Shown: positions 1-12,389 of the stretch, one piece after another
Layout of the letters: every line of letters starts with the position of its first letter
Position numbering within the stretch: position 1 is the first letter of the stretch
NCBI GenBank assembly: GCA_001643675.2
Contig: LSRY02000001.1
Coordinates: 868,001-932,000, forward strand
Length of the DNA stretch: 64,000 nucleotides
Direction: 5' to 3'
Source: Monocercomonoides exilis PA203
Taxonomy: Eukaryota > Protista > Preaxostyla
The notes under the pieces: model-generated
The model's database searches: none
Told to the model about the DNA's origin: nothing
Seen by the model: only the letters and a program-made list of their open reading frames with translations
Translations under genes and position numbers: made by a program

Positions 1-36
1 GAAAAATAGCACTATAATACTAAATATTTTTGATAT

Positions 37-276
37 GTCTGAATATTTTGTAAAGTTCTTTTTGTTTAATTTTCAAATTTAATAAAATTTTCAAATTTTC
101 ATCAGTTTTTTGTTCCCACGTTTTAAACTTCTATAAAATGAAAATAAAAACATTGTTGAGGTTTTGATATCCAATTAAGGAAAGTTTAATCCGTGGGAAC
201 AGAAATTTGATAGAAATATAACATTTTTTCTTTATTTGAAAAATAAACAAAAGGAACTTTTCAAAAAAATTCACCC
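37..276. mobile_element. Foldback MITE-like module C with ~95-bp imperfect TIRs and ATAT flanks
   Basis: 37-131 is an imperfect reverse complement of 180-276 (e.g. ttcccacg/cgtgggaa). ATAT lies at 33-36 and 277-280, and the right end is TTCACCC. Partial copies at 11610-11700, 32180-32280 and 54558-54605. Confidence 0.7.
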
Positions 277-370
277 ATATGGCTCTTTCTTTTCGAAAAG
301 TCGAAAAACTTTAATTGCGATCCCATGAAAGATCAAAAAATTATCCCAGAATAATTTTATTTTTTATAAA

Positions 371-1124
371 ATGACGTTTTCAGATTTGTCTGAAAGCAGA
401 AAGTCTCAACTGTGTAAAAGACTATTTGAATTTCTTCAACTTCATTTAAAGAATGAGGAAACATCTTTCATTCTTCACTTTTCATACCATTCAAGAAATG
501 GAAAAGAAATTCTTGAATTGCTTAACAATTAATTGAATGGTAATATCAATGTATTATTATTTAGTTTCATTTTTTTGTATTCTCTTCTTTTGATTAAATA
601 GTTAAAATGGAAAACATTCTAATTTACGCTGGTTCATTGAACGATATATTAGACAAAAAGAATAAAATACTCTTGTTACAAACATTTTTGAGATCATTTT
701 CTTCAACTGAACTAATAAAAGCTGGCTGGAATTGTGCAGCAAACAACATTTTACACGCCGAACGGATGTTGAAAAGGCACAATTTTGAAATAATTCTCGC
801 AAGCAAACCGAAAATTCCCAGTAGTAAAAAACGTTCGTTTTTTTTTTCTTTTCTCATTTAAAGCTATATGGAAACATCAGCATTGAGTTTATATGTCTTT
901 TATTTATGTGAATGGTGGTTAAGGAAGAACACAAGTGAAAGTTGCAAAGAACAAAACATTCAAGAAACAAGAATATTCAAAGATTTATCAGATGATGACT
1001 TTGAATTCTTAAACTCAAATCATCATTTTACAATAACTGATCAACAATCATCACATATTTTATTCAATTATGAAGAAATTCAAACTCTTTTAAATGCATT
1101 CTCTGTTTCAAAGTTTCAACCAAT

Positions 1125-1156
<32 letters not shown>

Positions 1157-3002
1157 AAATATTGTTTCGATAATATTCATTTGAACAAACATAATCGATT
1201 CTGCTCAGGACATTCCCTGATTTCATCTTCATCATTTCCTCCGCTTCAGCTAACTCGAGCAAGCACCCCATCAACGCCTCCTTCTTTTGCTTCTCCTTTT
1301 TCTTACGACAGGCATATAGATGAAATTATCAATGAACCTGTTTTGTCATCACACTTTTCAAGTTTTGTAATTGATGATTCGTCTTTTAATGATATATATT
1401 TAATGAATTCCAATGCTTGCATTTCCGAGTATCAGATAAGTTTGTGTTCTAAAATATTAAAACATAAATTAAATAAGTTTTTATATTTCCTGATTCATTC
1501 ATATAAATTGATTTTCAAAAAGAGAAATAGTTGTACAAGAAAACAGTAAATTATTTGAAAAATAAATGTGTACAAACAATTCTTTTAAGAATTCTGATGA
1601 AAGTCTCTGTAAATGGTTTTAAGGATATAAGAGGATATTCTTTGGTTCAAAAGATGAATTATTCAGAAGAAAGAAAAATGAAATTGATGTAAAAATTTGT
1701 AGATCATTATTCTTCAGATTGGTAGTTAACATTGAAAAGGCAAAAAGAAGAACAGATATGTGTTATTTGTGAGTTAGAATAGTATTTTTGGTAGGAAAAG
1801 AAAAAACAAAAATTTTAACAAAATCAGAATTACAATAAATGGAAACACTTAGAATTCATTACACTATTCAAAATTTTCATCGCAGGAAGTTTAATGAGAA
1901 AGTTGCGAATCTTCAAGAAAATGAGTTTTTGGCTTTATAAGATTTTAAACAAAATCGGACTTTTCCTATTAAACAAACTCAAGAAAGCAGAGATTATTAT
2001 ACAAAAAAAGAAATATCACACCTTTGCGTAGTCATTCATCATTTAAAGAAGAGTGGAAAATCGAAGATTTGCTTCCATTTCATCTATGAAGTTTTGTCGA
2101 AAAACAGCCGGTTTGCTATCGATTGCTTGAAGATTGCTCTTCAAAATTTGCAATCATTAATAAATAATCATTCACATCTGAAAGTGTGTGCAGACTGCCG
2201 CCCGCACTACAGAAACGGCTGCTTTCTTCATTTTTTGCTTCATCCGTTTTCAACCCTTCACAAAACATTTGAAACAACCTCGCTTTACTTTTTCGGAGAA
2301 GGTCACGGGAAAAGCGAGGTTGATGGGGAATTTGGAGTCCTTGCTAGAATCGCTCAAAGATCTTGCAAGGACATCTCCACACTCAAAGATTTGATAACTT
2401 TCTTTCAAAAAGCATGCCAAAAAATTGAAAGAAAGGATGATAAAAGATTGGAGAGATTCTTTATCGATAACTCTCCCCGAATCAAGCAAAAGACAAGCTT
2501 GAAGCTTGTTGTGAAGGACATAAAAACTTATTTGTGTTGGAGATCCACAAAAGCACAAATTGAAGAAACTCCTTTTTTCAATTCTTCCGTTAGTGGATGG
2601 AGAAAGATCTCATTTGAAAGCGTTTTTCATTTGAACAAAAAACAATCAACAAGCCGTCAATTCATTTGCGAAGAAGATGTTTTAACAGGGTCCTCAACAA
2701 TTTCTTTATCTGAAAGGAGATTAGAGAAGTTGAAAGTTAATGATAAAGAGAATGAAGAAGGCAAAATTATTTTTCCAAATCAGCTTTCAACTGAAAATAT
2801 TGATGATAGCGAAAATTACGATGAGACTGAAGATTCTGACATTGAGTCAATTCGCCGCAAAGTTCTCACTTACCAAATACAATTCAACGACAATGCAACA
2901 AAAGAAGTTATATCTATTGAAGAAGAGGAAGATGTGGATGAAGGTGTGATTCAGGAGGAAAAAGTGATGGGAAAGAAAAAATTGAAACGAATGAAGAAAT
3001 AA
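371..3002 (+). pseudogene. Sola-like (Sola2-type) DDD transposase pseudogene
   Basis: In one frame from 1851: RKFNEKVANLQENEFLAL*DFKQN...ESRDYYTKKEISHL...KVCADCRPHYRN...LYFFGEGHGKSEVDGEFG. This gives a D(FxxN)/D/HGKxxxD triad. A frameshifted TDMC/VICE Cys motif lies near 1750-1775, and an ATG at 371 reads MTFSDLSESRKSQL. Multiple stops and frameshifts. Confidence 0.65.
1126..1154. repeat. poly(A) tract
   Basis: Run of about 29 A. Confidence 0.9.
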
Positions 3003-4148
3003 AAAGGAGAAGAGGGAGACTGTGAAGAAGGTGAAGAGGAGGAAGAGCATTGACGTTTCATGGGAGAGGAAGAACAAAAACGTTGCTCCACTGCATATTA
3101 TGGGACAATGAGCATTCCAATGAGCTCCTCCAGGTTAGCTGGGAATGAGTTGCGCTTCGATACGTTCTGTTGATCGACTGTCTTGCAGAAGAGTCTCGAA
3201 GGCTGTGCATTCACACGCACTGCCAGCTTCTCCAGCACTGCTCTTATTGACAGCCGCTCATCCACACTTTAAATGAGCAAGTTCACTTCCCTCTAACGCC
3301 CGCACTCATATAAATCGCAGAAAGCGGCTTTTTGCTTTTCTGAGCTGGTTTTTGCGATGAAATTTTCTTGTGTGAATGATCAGCTGATACTTATTTGCTG
3401 CTTTCTTCCATTGATTTATCGTCTTTTATTCTCTGCCATCTTCTCCTCCTTCTCCTTCGGTCGAATTTGAGGCTGTTTTCGCTGAAGTCATCAATATCAA
3501 AGTGATGCACCCACATGTTCAGCTGATTGTCTTCCGTCTCTTACCATTCAAATGCTTTCAGCTCTTCCTCTTCTTCTTCTTCTTCTCCATTTCTTTTTTT
3601 TTGTCATTTCATCTTTATCTCATCTAGTTTGTTGATGGTCAACAAAATGTCTCCAGCCTCTAAAGAATCATAATCCAATGAATGCAGCTCTCTCTTCGTC
3701 AAATCCTGCTCATTTTTTTCTTTTTAACTGTTTGCTTCAGATTCATCTGCATTTTGATAGTCTTTCTCAACATTTCCATTGATGTTTTCTGCAATTTTCA
3801 TTTTTTCATTGCCATTATTTTCACTCCTATGCTTCCCATCTTCTCCCTCATCCTCCATCTGACCTATCATCTCCTAATCATTCTGTCTATGTCTATGCTT
3901 ATGTTCACTTTCATTCCCATCCCCATTCTCACTCTCATTATCATTGTTCTTCTTCTGCTATCTGCTTCTTCCCCTCTCATTGCACGTCGTATTCTGCTGT
4001 GTGCTCCCTTTGTGTAAATACTGCTGTAACAGAATGTCACCGCCTGGTGTGAGCACCGTGTTCTGTATCGACTCACTACAGCTGAGCTGCTGCTGCATTT
4101 TCCCATTGAAGCGGAAAAGAAGCAGCTGATGAAATAGTAGAATGGTGG

Positions 4149-4772
4149 ATGGATCAAGTGAAGCAAGAAGAAGAAGAAGAAGAAGAAGAAGAAGAAGCGA
4201 TCTTCGCTGAGAAAGAAAACGAAGAATTTAAGTCTCTTCTGGAGGCGATGCTTATTTCTGAGTTTGGAGCTGATGATGCTACTGTCTCAGATGCTATTTT
4301 GAATGCGATGGGAATAAATCCGACTACTGATCCTGGTTTAGCAGCAGCCATCGCCATCAGCTTGGAAGAGAAGATGGCAAACGGAGAGAAGAAGATGCAG
4401 CAGAAGGCGCAGGAGCTGAGGGAGGCGAGGAGGAGGAGCAGATTGAAGGAGCAGAGAAAGAAGAGGGAGGAGGAAAAAATGAATAGGAAAGCCGAGGAAG
4501 GCGATGGGAAAGGGAAGGAAGTTGATGCAGAGGCGGTGGACGAGAAGGAGAGAGAGAGGAAGAGGAAGAGAGAAGAAAAAGAAAAAGAGCGAAAAAGGCT
4601 AAGAAAAGTCGAGAGTCCGAGAATAGAAGGAGAGAAAAAAATTACAGCCTCTTCCGCCTTCAACTGGAACCACTTGCTATTCTGTTTTCTTTCTGCACGA
4701 TCCATATCTCCAAAAGAACCGAAAGGCAGGAGTCGAAAGCTTTTTAACCCACCGATTCAGTTTGGGAAGTGA
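4149..4772 (+). pseudogene. Fragment of a ubiquitin-interacting-motif (UIM) + charged coiled-coil protein
   Basis: GINPTTDPGLAAAIAISLEE at 4311-4370 fits the UIM pattern. The rest is E/K/R-rich, and the flanks have no coherent gene structure. Confidence 0.4.
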
Positions 4773-7479
4773 TTCTGTTCAATACCTCATCCGCTGTCTG
4801 AAGAGGAACAATGTAGTTGTTCTGCTGGAAGGCGGGAGAGATGAGTGTGAGGAGCTGATTACGAAGACAGAGACGCTGATATTTCCGTGAGCGGTGATTG
4901 AAAGTGAAGTGAGGTGCAGACAAAACACGTATTTCGATCGGAATGCTGAAGTGAGTTCAAATGCATTAACATGTTGGAATTCATCATCATCTTCATCATC
5001 TTCTTCTTCTTCCTCCACCTCTTCGCCACCTCCTCCTCTTCTTCATCATTGACAACGATGACGATCAGAGAGAGATTGATAAACTTCACAGTCCCACCCA
5101 ATCAAGTGCTCCACACGTATTTCGACAATTTCATAAAGAAAACCGAAACAACTTCCCAAACACCACAGCCATCAAAGGCAGAAAACAGCGAGCAGAACAA
5201 AAACCAGGCGAAGCTGAAGAAGCAGACCTTGTTTAAGAAGCTGTTCTTGCTATCTCTTTCGCTCTCTTCTCGTCTCATTCCTTTTCAACACATTCAAACT
5301 GTCCTCCGCTTCAGGTTCTGTCGCCCTTCGTTGCTATTTTCGGTACCTGTGAAAGGGCAAGGAAGTGATTCATCATCATCATCTTCTTCTTCCTCTTCGT
5401 CTTCGTCTTCTTCTTTTTCTTCTTTATTATTCGTGTCTTTGCCTTTCATCTGTCAATTTGACACACATCATATGCTTCTTTGTGAAAATCCATCTTTGAC
5501 TGTGTTGTGGAATAATAGCAGGAAAAATGTTTTGCTGATAGGATGATCATGATTCTTTTTTTTTTGATAGATAATCGAAGAGGAATAAGTCATTGAAATA
5601 TCATTTAAAGTTGAAGTTTCAATAAAAATTGAAAGATGCATAAAATAATCATCAAACTGAAAGAAATTGAAGAAGAAGAAGAAAAAGAAGAAGATGCAAA
5701 AGAAGAAGAAGAAGAAGAAGAAGAAAGCGAATGACTGTTCTTTATAACCGATAAAAGCAGATAATGATGTCACCACCGAAGCCGCAATGATAGACTTATT
5801 CAGTTGCTAGGCACGTTCTATCTTTAACCAGAAACCTCCCTTTCGTAACTCACTCTTCTCCCATCACTTGTTTCATGCTTATAGGCTGGTATCTGCACAT
5901 TCTTCAAAACAGAGCAAGAAGTTGACGATCAGTTTGAAGACGCATGTGAAAATAACACTTCGTTTCATGTTTCTTTGAAGAACGCAGATTGAGAAAAGCT
6001 GTTTTTAAAACATCTCTTTTGTAAGGCAGAGGCGGGCAATGTGCAGATGGAGGTGCATCGAAGAAGCCATAATCCGCAGATGGAAAAGTATGATGAGGCT
6101 TTTATGCTAATCACGACGTGCGACCAGCTTGGTTACACTGAGTAATAAAAGAAATCGTTATATCGAAAGTTGTGATATAAAAAAGTTTTCTATCTTCATC
6201 AACTCTGCCATGAAAGACACTCATTGACAAATGAATCACATTTCTTCCTTAGCATCTGTATTCCCTGCTTTTCCATCACAGAACCAATTGCCATCTCTTT
6301 TTTCTTTTTTTTCATGTAGCAACGTATTCAACGGCTCGTTCGCTCCGTATCAAATAATCTTCATGATCTATTTTTTTTTGTATTTTTGTTATAAATCTTG
6401 AAGAAACAGAAAGATAATGAATATTTATTAACAATTCGAAATAAACAAATATTATGAACAATAATCAGTAAAGTGAATCATTTTTTTTCACAGCATGCAT
6501 GTAACTGATGATTTTTTATGAAGATTACACAAATGATTTTGATAAATTCAACATTTTTTAAAAAATAAATTGCAATTCACATGGTTTCACCTTATTATCT
6601 AATTTAAAATAAAATTGTAACCAAAAATCTGTGTTCCGAATATACATGTAAAATAGTCAAAAAAACTACTGTTGTATCATGGATAGAAGAAAGTATGCAA
6701 AGTTCTCATAACATTTCCCTTTATCATTTATCATGAAAAATCTTATACTGGTTTTTACAAATAAAAGTCAAGATGTGAGAACTGTGTTATTTATATCGTT
6801 TGCTCAGCAATGAAGTGTAGTCTTTAAATAATATACTATTTAAAAAATGAAAGAAAATAATTGTTGGAAAATCTCTGATTTTTCAAAAATAATTTTTGAC
6901 ATGTAAGTTTATAAACGTTAATCGATCTGCATTTCGGAAAATTGTCCAGATGTATAAGAATAATAAAGATTTATGACTTTATATAAATATTTTCCTTTGT
7001 TTTTTATAATTTTCCAGAGATCAATTGAAATTCTTTTCTTTTTGAAGAAACAATGCAAGAAATGAACTCCTTTCATGCAATAATGGAGTTATCATTTGCA
7101 AATACAACTTAAAATGAACGAAATTCGAATATATCTCATTGCGATTCACTAACCCCAACACAAAGTGAGATGTTTGTCAGAATGAAGAATTTTACTCAAA
7201 ATTCGAAGTGAATAATATTTATACCAACATAAAGCTTTGATGTTTCTTCGTTTGCATTAATTAATACAATTTCCATTTTTCATTATTCACAAATAATTAT
7301 TGTTTTCTTTTGGACAAATTGTTGTTGTTCTCAAGAGGAAATTGTTGAACGACAAAGACTGAAAAGAAGAGAATGCAGTGCAAAAAATGTTTTGAAAAAA
7401 AGTTTGAAAAGCTCATTGTTATAAACCTTCAAGTTTGTTCGCATTTCATTATTAATTCACTTTTGATTTTGTTATATAA

Positions 7480-9530
7480 CAAATATCTTTTAACAGTTCA
7501 AGTATTCCTGCTGACTAATAATCGCGAAGCGTTCATTTTCCTCTTCCTCAGCTGGTATTTTAACATTTCTTCTTCTTCTTCTAATTCCAATAGTGTAATT
7601 GAAATTTCTTTCGAAGAATCACAGTATGCAGTGTCCTTGGATCCCAAAATTTCACCTGTGCATCTGTAATAAGACAAACAAAGAACAAAGTTCGATACAA
7701 AGTTATGTTTATGGAAAACAGTCACGGAACAGTCACGCATGATAAACAGCAGAACGAATAAAGTTGATTCAACGTATAATCAACTTTTTGATTTGATCAA
7801 AAAAGAAGCATCTACCTGTTGAATGACCAAAGTGACATCAAATCGAGTTCAAGAAACTCTTTTGCAGGAGAAGAGAGTTTCAACAAAACTAAAATAGTAA
7901 ACATATAACCAAAAAGGTTCATTGAGATCAACAATATTAATAAAATACTGAACATTTTTCAAATATCAGACAAAAAGAAGATAAAAGCAATCTTTTTTCT
8001 TCCGTCTTCGGAAGAGAAAAATGTTAACTAAATGAGAAAAAGATAGTGGAATTGAAGAAGATGGAGCAGCTTTCGAATACTGTATTCAACATGAACCATT
8101 CATTTGTGTGTTTCATCATTACCAGTTCAGATTCAATTTTTATAATCTTCTCCTTTCCCAAATTGACAAATCCCAGCAATTACATCCTTCTTCATCTCTG
8201 TAGAACTTTTTTGAACAAGCAAATCCGTTCATTCTCGAATACATTACAGAAACGGATCAATAGAATTAGCCAACTCTTCCTACGACTCTATACAAATTTG
8301 ATCTGCGCAGATCATATCAGAACAGGCTCGGTAACTTCCCTGTTCCATATTGAACTTTGCACTCATTGAATTCTTTTCAAGAACTACATAGCGGAATTGA
8401 TGGAGATCATCTGAAAGGCTTTGGAGAAATACATGTATGATGCTGAAGCTTCTGCTTCAAAAAGGCTGAAACGAACGAGCTGAGTGTGCAACAGAGTTGT
8501 TGTTTTTCCTCTTTCTGCAGGTTCATTGTGATATAATCTTGACACAGATGAAACAGACACCGAAGTTGATTTGCATAGATAACATTGCGGTGCTGATTAC
8601 AGCGATGTTTGTCAGAGAGGCATTGATGGCCTGAAGGTTGTGCTGATATTGCCAAACATGCAATGATGGACACAGAGAATCATGCGCATTTTGTTTGAAG
8701 AACAGGGTGGTGCTAATGAAATGGTACATGAATTGCCCTGCACTACCAGAAAGATGAGTACCGCACTGCGATGATTGAGCGACTAAGTTTATTTTGTTTT
8801 GAGCACATTTCGGTTCAGTCATATGTATCAACGATGTGTGCAGCTGAAAGAAATGGAAAAGAATTGATTGTGGTTGTTAAAGGTTCACTGATGCTGTTCT
8901 TCATATCCGTTGCACGGATGCTGGTAAAGAACTGAGAGAAGATTATATAGGTGATGGGAATTGCGCTGAATGCAGGCAAGAAATTGAGTGAAAAAGAAGA
9001 GCAGGAAAGAATGAAAAGAGAGCATGTATTGCTCAAACAGAATTATTCTGAAAACGAAGCATACAAGAAAACAACAATGAATAAGAAGCGCCGAAAAAAT
9101 GAAAAAGAGATAAGATAAAGGGAAAAGAAAGATGATGAGATGAATAAAAATTCAGTTCAAAATAAAAATGAAATTATGCAAAATACATTAAATTCATAGA
9201 AACGTGTTGATTGAAATGCATCGTACAGTTACACATATGCATAATGATCAAAAGTTTTCAAAATTCAGTCTGTTATACCAAGTTCCGTTTGGCAAACATC
9301 TCTATTCTTTGATGTTAAGGAGTAACATACTTCAATGAGAAAGCAAGTTTCCTCGTTTGAAGCTGCTGAAACAGAATCCAGGCAAAAGAACATCTTCCTG
9401 ATTGAGTCAAATAGGCATGAATTGCAAATCCTTCGTGCTTTGCTTCCACTGAAACAATCGATTCTGTTTGAAAAATACAATGTTGTTCATATCTTCGAGC
9501 AGGATTTTTTGTTTTGATTTTTGTACAAAA
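7480..9530 (-). pseudogene. Degenerate coding-like region, probably of the Cys/Ser-rich surface-protein family
   Basis: Higher-complexity sequence broken into short minus-strand ORFs (7498-7740, 8407-8673, 8523-8831, 8815-9036, 9265-9480). Confidence 0.3.
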
Positions 9531-10543
9531 AATATAGATACATTTATTCGAGCATCTTATATGTGCAGCTTTTATCTCCGCAGACTGTCACATAGATGTA
9601 GAAGTTGATTGAAACGAAAATGACTCCATAGATAGCTGATGAAGTGTGAAATATTATGGGGGATTATGAAGTGGCAAATGATGAACGGTGGAGCAGGAAA
9701 GCGCTTTTGAAGTTGAACAGAAAGCAGGAGCAGTTAAAAATACTTAGGAGGAAAAAGAAGAAGTGGAAGAAAGACGGATATTGCAGATGTGGAGGAGGAT
9801 GAAGCAGTGAAAGAAGAGTTGGTTCAAAATGTGGATATTGAAGATGGAAATTGGATGGTGGATACATCAAAAGCGGTAGAAGAAAAAAAAATTTTTTTTT
9901 TGAATAATTAATTTTATAAAAAAAAGGTATTTTGTCAAATTGTTTCAACACGAAATCTGCTTTGATGTTTATTTTTTTTAATTTGTTATCAAATCTTTAT
10001 TTTTTCTAAAATTAAGATACAATTCATTTTTATGCTTTCAAAAACAAAAGGAGCTAACTTTTCATGTCAGATAGGCGAAGTGAATGAAAATCATAAATAA
10101 ACAAGCATAACTGCATTGTCAAATTCTCAATCAGAAATATGTGAAGAAGAAACGATGGCATAAACAAAAATTGATAGCAAAAATGATTGATACTTCGAAA
10201 TAGATTTCAAATGAAAACACAGGCAAACAAAGCATAGAACAACTTTCTGAATAAAATGTTGAAAATTTTTTTATTCACCAATGGATTTTAATAACCACAT
10301 TCCATTAACTTTTCAGTCCCTTCTCCAAGCATCATCCCTATTTATCATATCACATCTTTCTCAATTACTCTTTTCTTTTGGTTCATCAATGATTCCTGCG
10401 ACTTTCATAACAAACATTCCTTCTACTTATCCTTTTCATCTTAATACGATGATTATTGTAGAAGTGATGAACATCTGCCATTCCCATTCACCAATTAATT
10501 ATCAGAATTCGAAGCTTCAATCAACAAAATGTCAAATATGAAT

Positions 10544-10620
10544 CATCATCATCATCATCATCATCATCAGAAGAAGAAGAAGAAGAAGAAGAAGAAGAAG
10601 AAGAAGAAGGAGAAGAAGAG

Positions 10621-10652
<32 letters not shown>

Positions 10653-10683
10653 AGAAGAAGAAGAAGAAGAAGAAGAAGAAGAG
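10544..10683. repeat. (CAT)n-(GAA)n compound microsatellite
   Basis: Directly visible tandem trinucleotide repeats. Confidence 0.95.
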
Positions 10684-11961
10684 TTTGAGTGAAGTGCAAT
10701 GCAGTTCACTATGCATTCTTCGAACAATTCAATGAAGATATAAAGATAAGCTTGACAATTGAGAGGATTGTCCATTTTGTTTAGCAAATGAAGTGCACCA
10801 CCAGAAACCCAGAATTGGATCTGAGCTGCCATCTTCACTCCTCCTATCAAGGAGTCAAAATGGATTTCATAAATAACAAATTAAATGAATCAGATTGAAT
10901 GATATATTATCCAGTACTAAAACAAACCTTTATCAAAAAAACGATTTTCTCATTAATTATTTATCGTTGGTTTTGAAGAAACAAAAGAACTATTTATTTG
11001 TTTTTGCCATTTGTTTAAAATAAATAATTCAAAATTGAAAAACACAATCAATTATATAACATACATGTTTGATCTGAATTAAATGCTAAAAATAAATTCA
11101 TTTTTGATACACGTTCTGTCATCAACAAAATTAATAATAATATTTGTTATTGCTAGTTATTAACTATTATCATTAAAATAAAATGTATCAACAAATGTAC
11201 ATTCAAATTATAAATTGGTAACATGAAAAATCATTAATCACAAGCGATCGTTTCGATCAAAATATGAATATTTGATGAATGAATTATTTCCCTTTAAATT
11301 TTATTTTCATGAAAGCTATTTTGGTTTGAGGAAAATAACAAAAATGAAGAAATGTGATTCGTTTGTGATAAATATATAAATGGCACTTTATCGTTTTTGG
11401 ATGAATTATTATTTATTTGATAAAAAACTATTACGGGAAGATCTCTGATTTCAAAAAAAGAAAGTGCTGAATTTGAAATTATTCTTGTGAAAAATTTTTT
11501 AATGAAAGAAGTTAAAACTATTCAGATTTAATTTTTATGCATGAAAGATATATTCTCAAACCGAAATTTGAAAAAGAGAAAATTAGGTTTCAAAAATAAT
11601 CACCCATATGTCTTTATTTTTTTGTAATGTTTTTTTTAATTAATTTTCAAATAAAAAAAACATATTTCGATCAAATTTCTTCCCACTCACCTAATTTTTC
11701 TTAAACATCTGCATCACCTTAAAAAAGGTGGGATCTCGTCAGTCTGTGCCCGGTACTTTTTTTTCCTTTAATAAAAACAAATTATTTTTTTTAAAAAATG
11801 CCTTGGAAAGGATAAAACACTTTCCAATAATTCAAAATTTTCAAAATAAAAATTTTATCACAATTAACAATCAATAAACTTTAATTATATATTTGTCTAT
11901 TTAAATATTATTTTTCACTTTGACAGAAGTCATATCATTATACGAAAATTTACATCAATAT

Positions 11962-12218
11962 GGGTGATAATTTTTGACATCATATTTTTATCTTTCAATA
12001 TTTTCGGTTCGAAAATTTGACTTCAATATCAACAAAAGAACAGTGAAAATTGGAAATGTCTGAAAAAAACATCTTCATCTTTATTTGAGTGAAAACATTT
12101 TTTTTTGACAGCGGTTGTGATAATTTTTTAATTTGAAAACAAAATCTCTTCCCAATGACAAATAAGCTTTGAAAAATTAACACACCGAAAAAAGTTATGA
12201 TATAAATAATTATCACCC
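11962..12218. mobile_element. MITE module D, 257 bp, ~25-bp TIRs, ATAT TSD
   Basis: ATAT|GGGTGATAATTTTTGACATCATA ... TATGATATAAATAATTATCACCC|ATAT. A full-length inverted homolog lies at 59812-60066. Confidence 0.85.
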
Positions 12219-12389
12219 ATATTACTTCATCCAATTATTCATCTTCTGCAAATACATTTCAAATACTTCTGAAAAATTCTTCTCTTCTTCTTCTTCCAAC
12301 AAAATTTTTGCATTTCTTTCATTTTTCTATTCTTCTCCTTCTCCTTCTCCTTCTTCATCTTCTTCTTTTTCTTTCACCTCCAGCATTTG

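Noticed and set aside
1938-1940. In-frame TAA/TAG in conserved transposase frames suggesting a TAR=Gln code as in some oxymonads
   Set aside because: The long intact ORFs (1025 and 1279 aa) contain no in-frame TAR despite many Gln. TGA stops and frameshifts also interrupt the relics, so these are pseudogene lesions.
12004-12014. GGTTCGA T-loop-like motifs (also near 18275 and 53792)
   Set aside because: No cloverleaf stems or A-box context, so they are not tRNAs.
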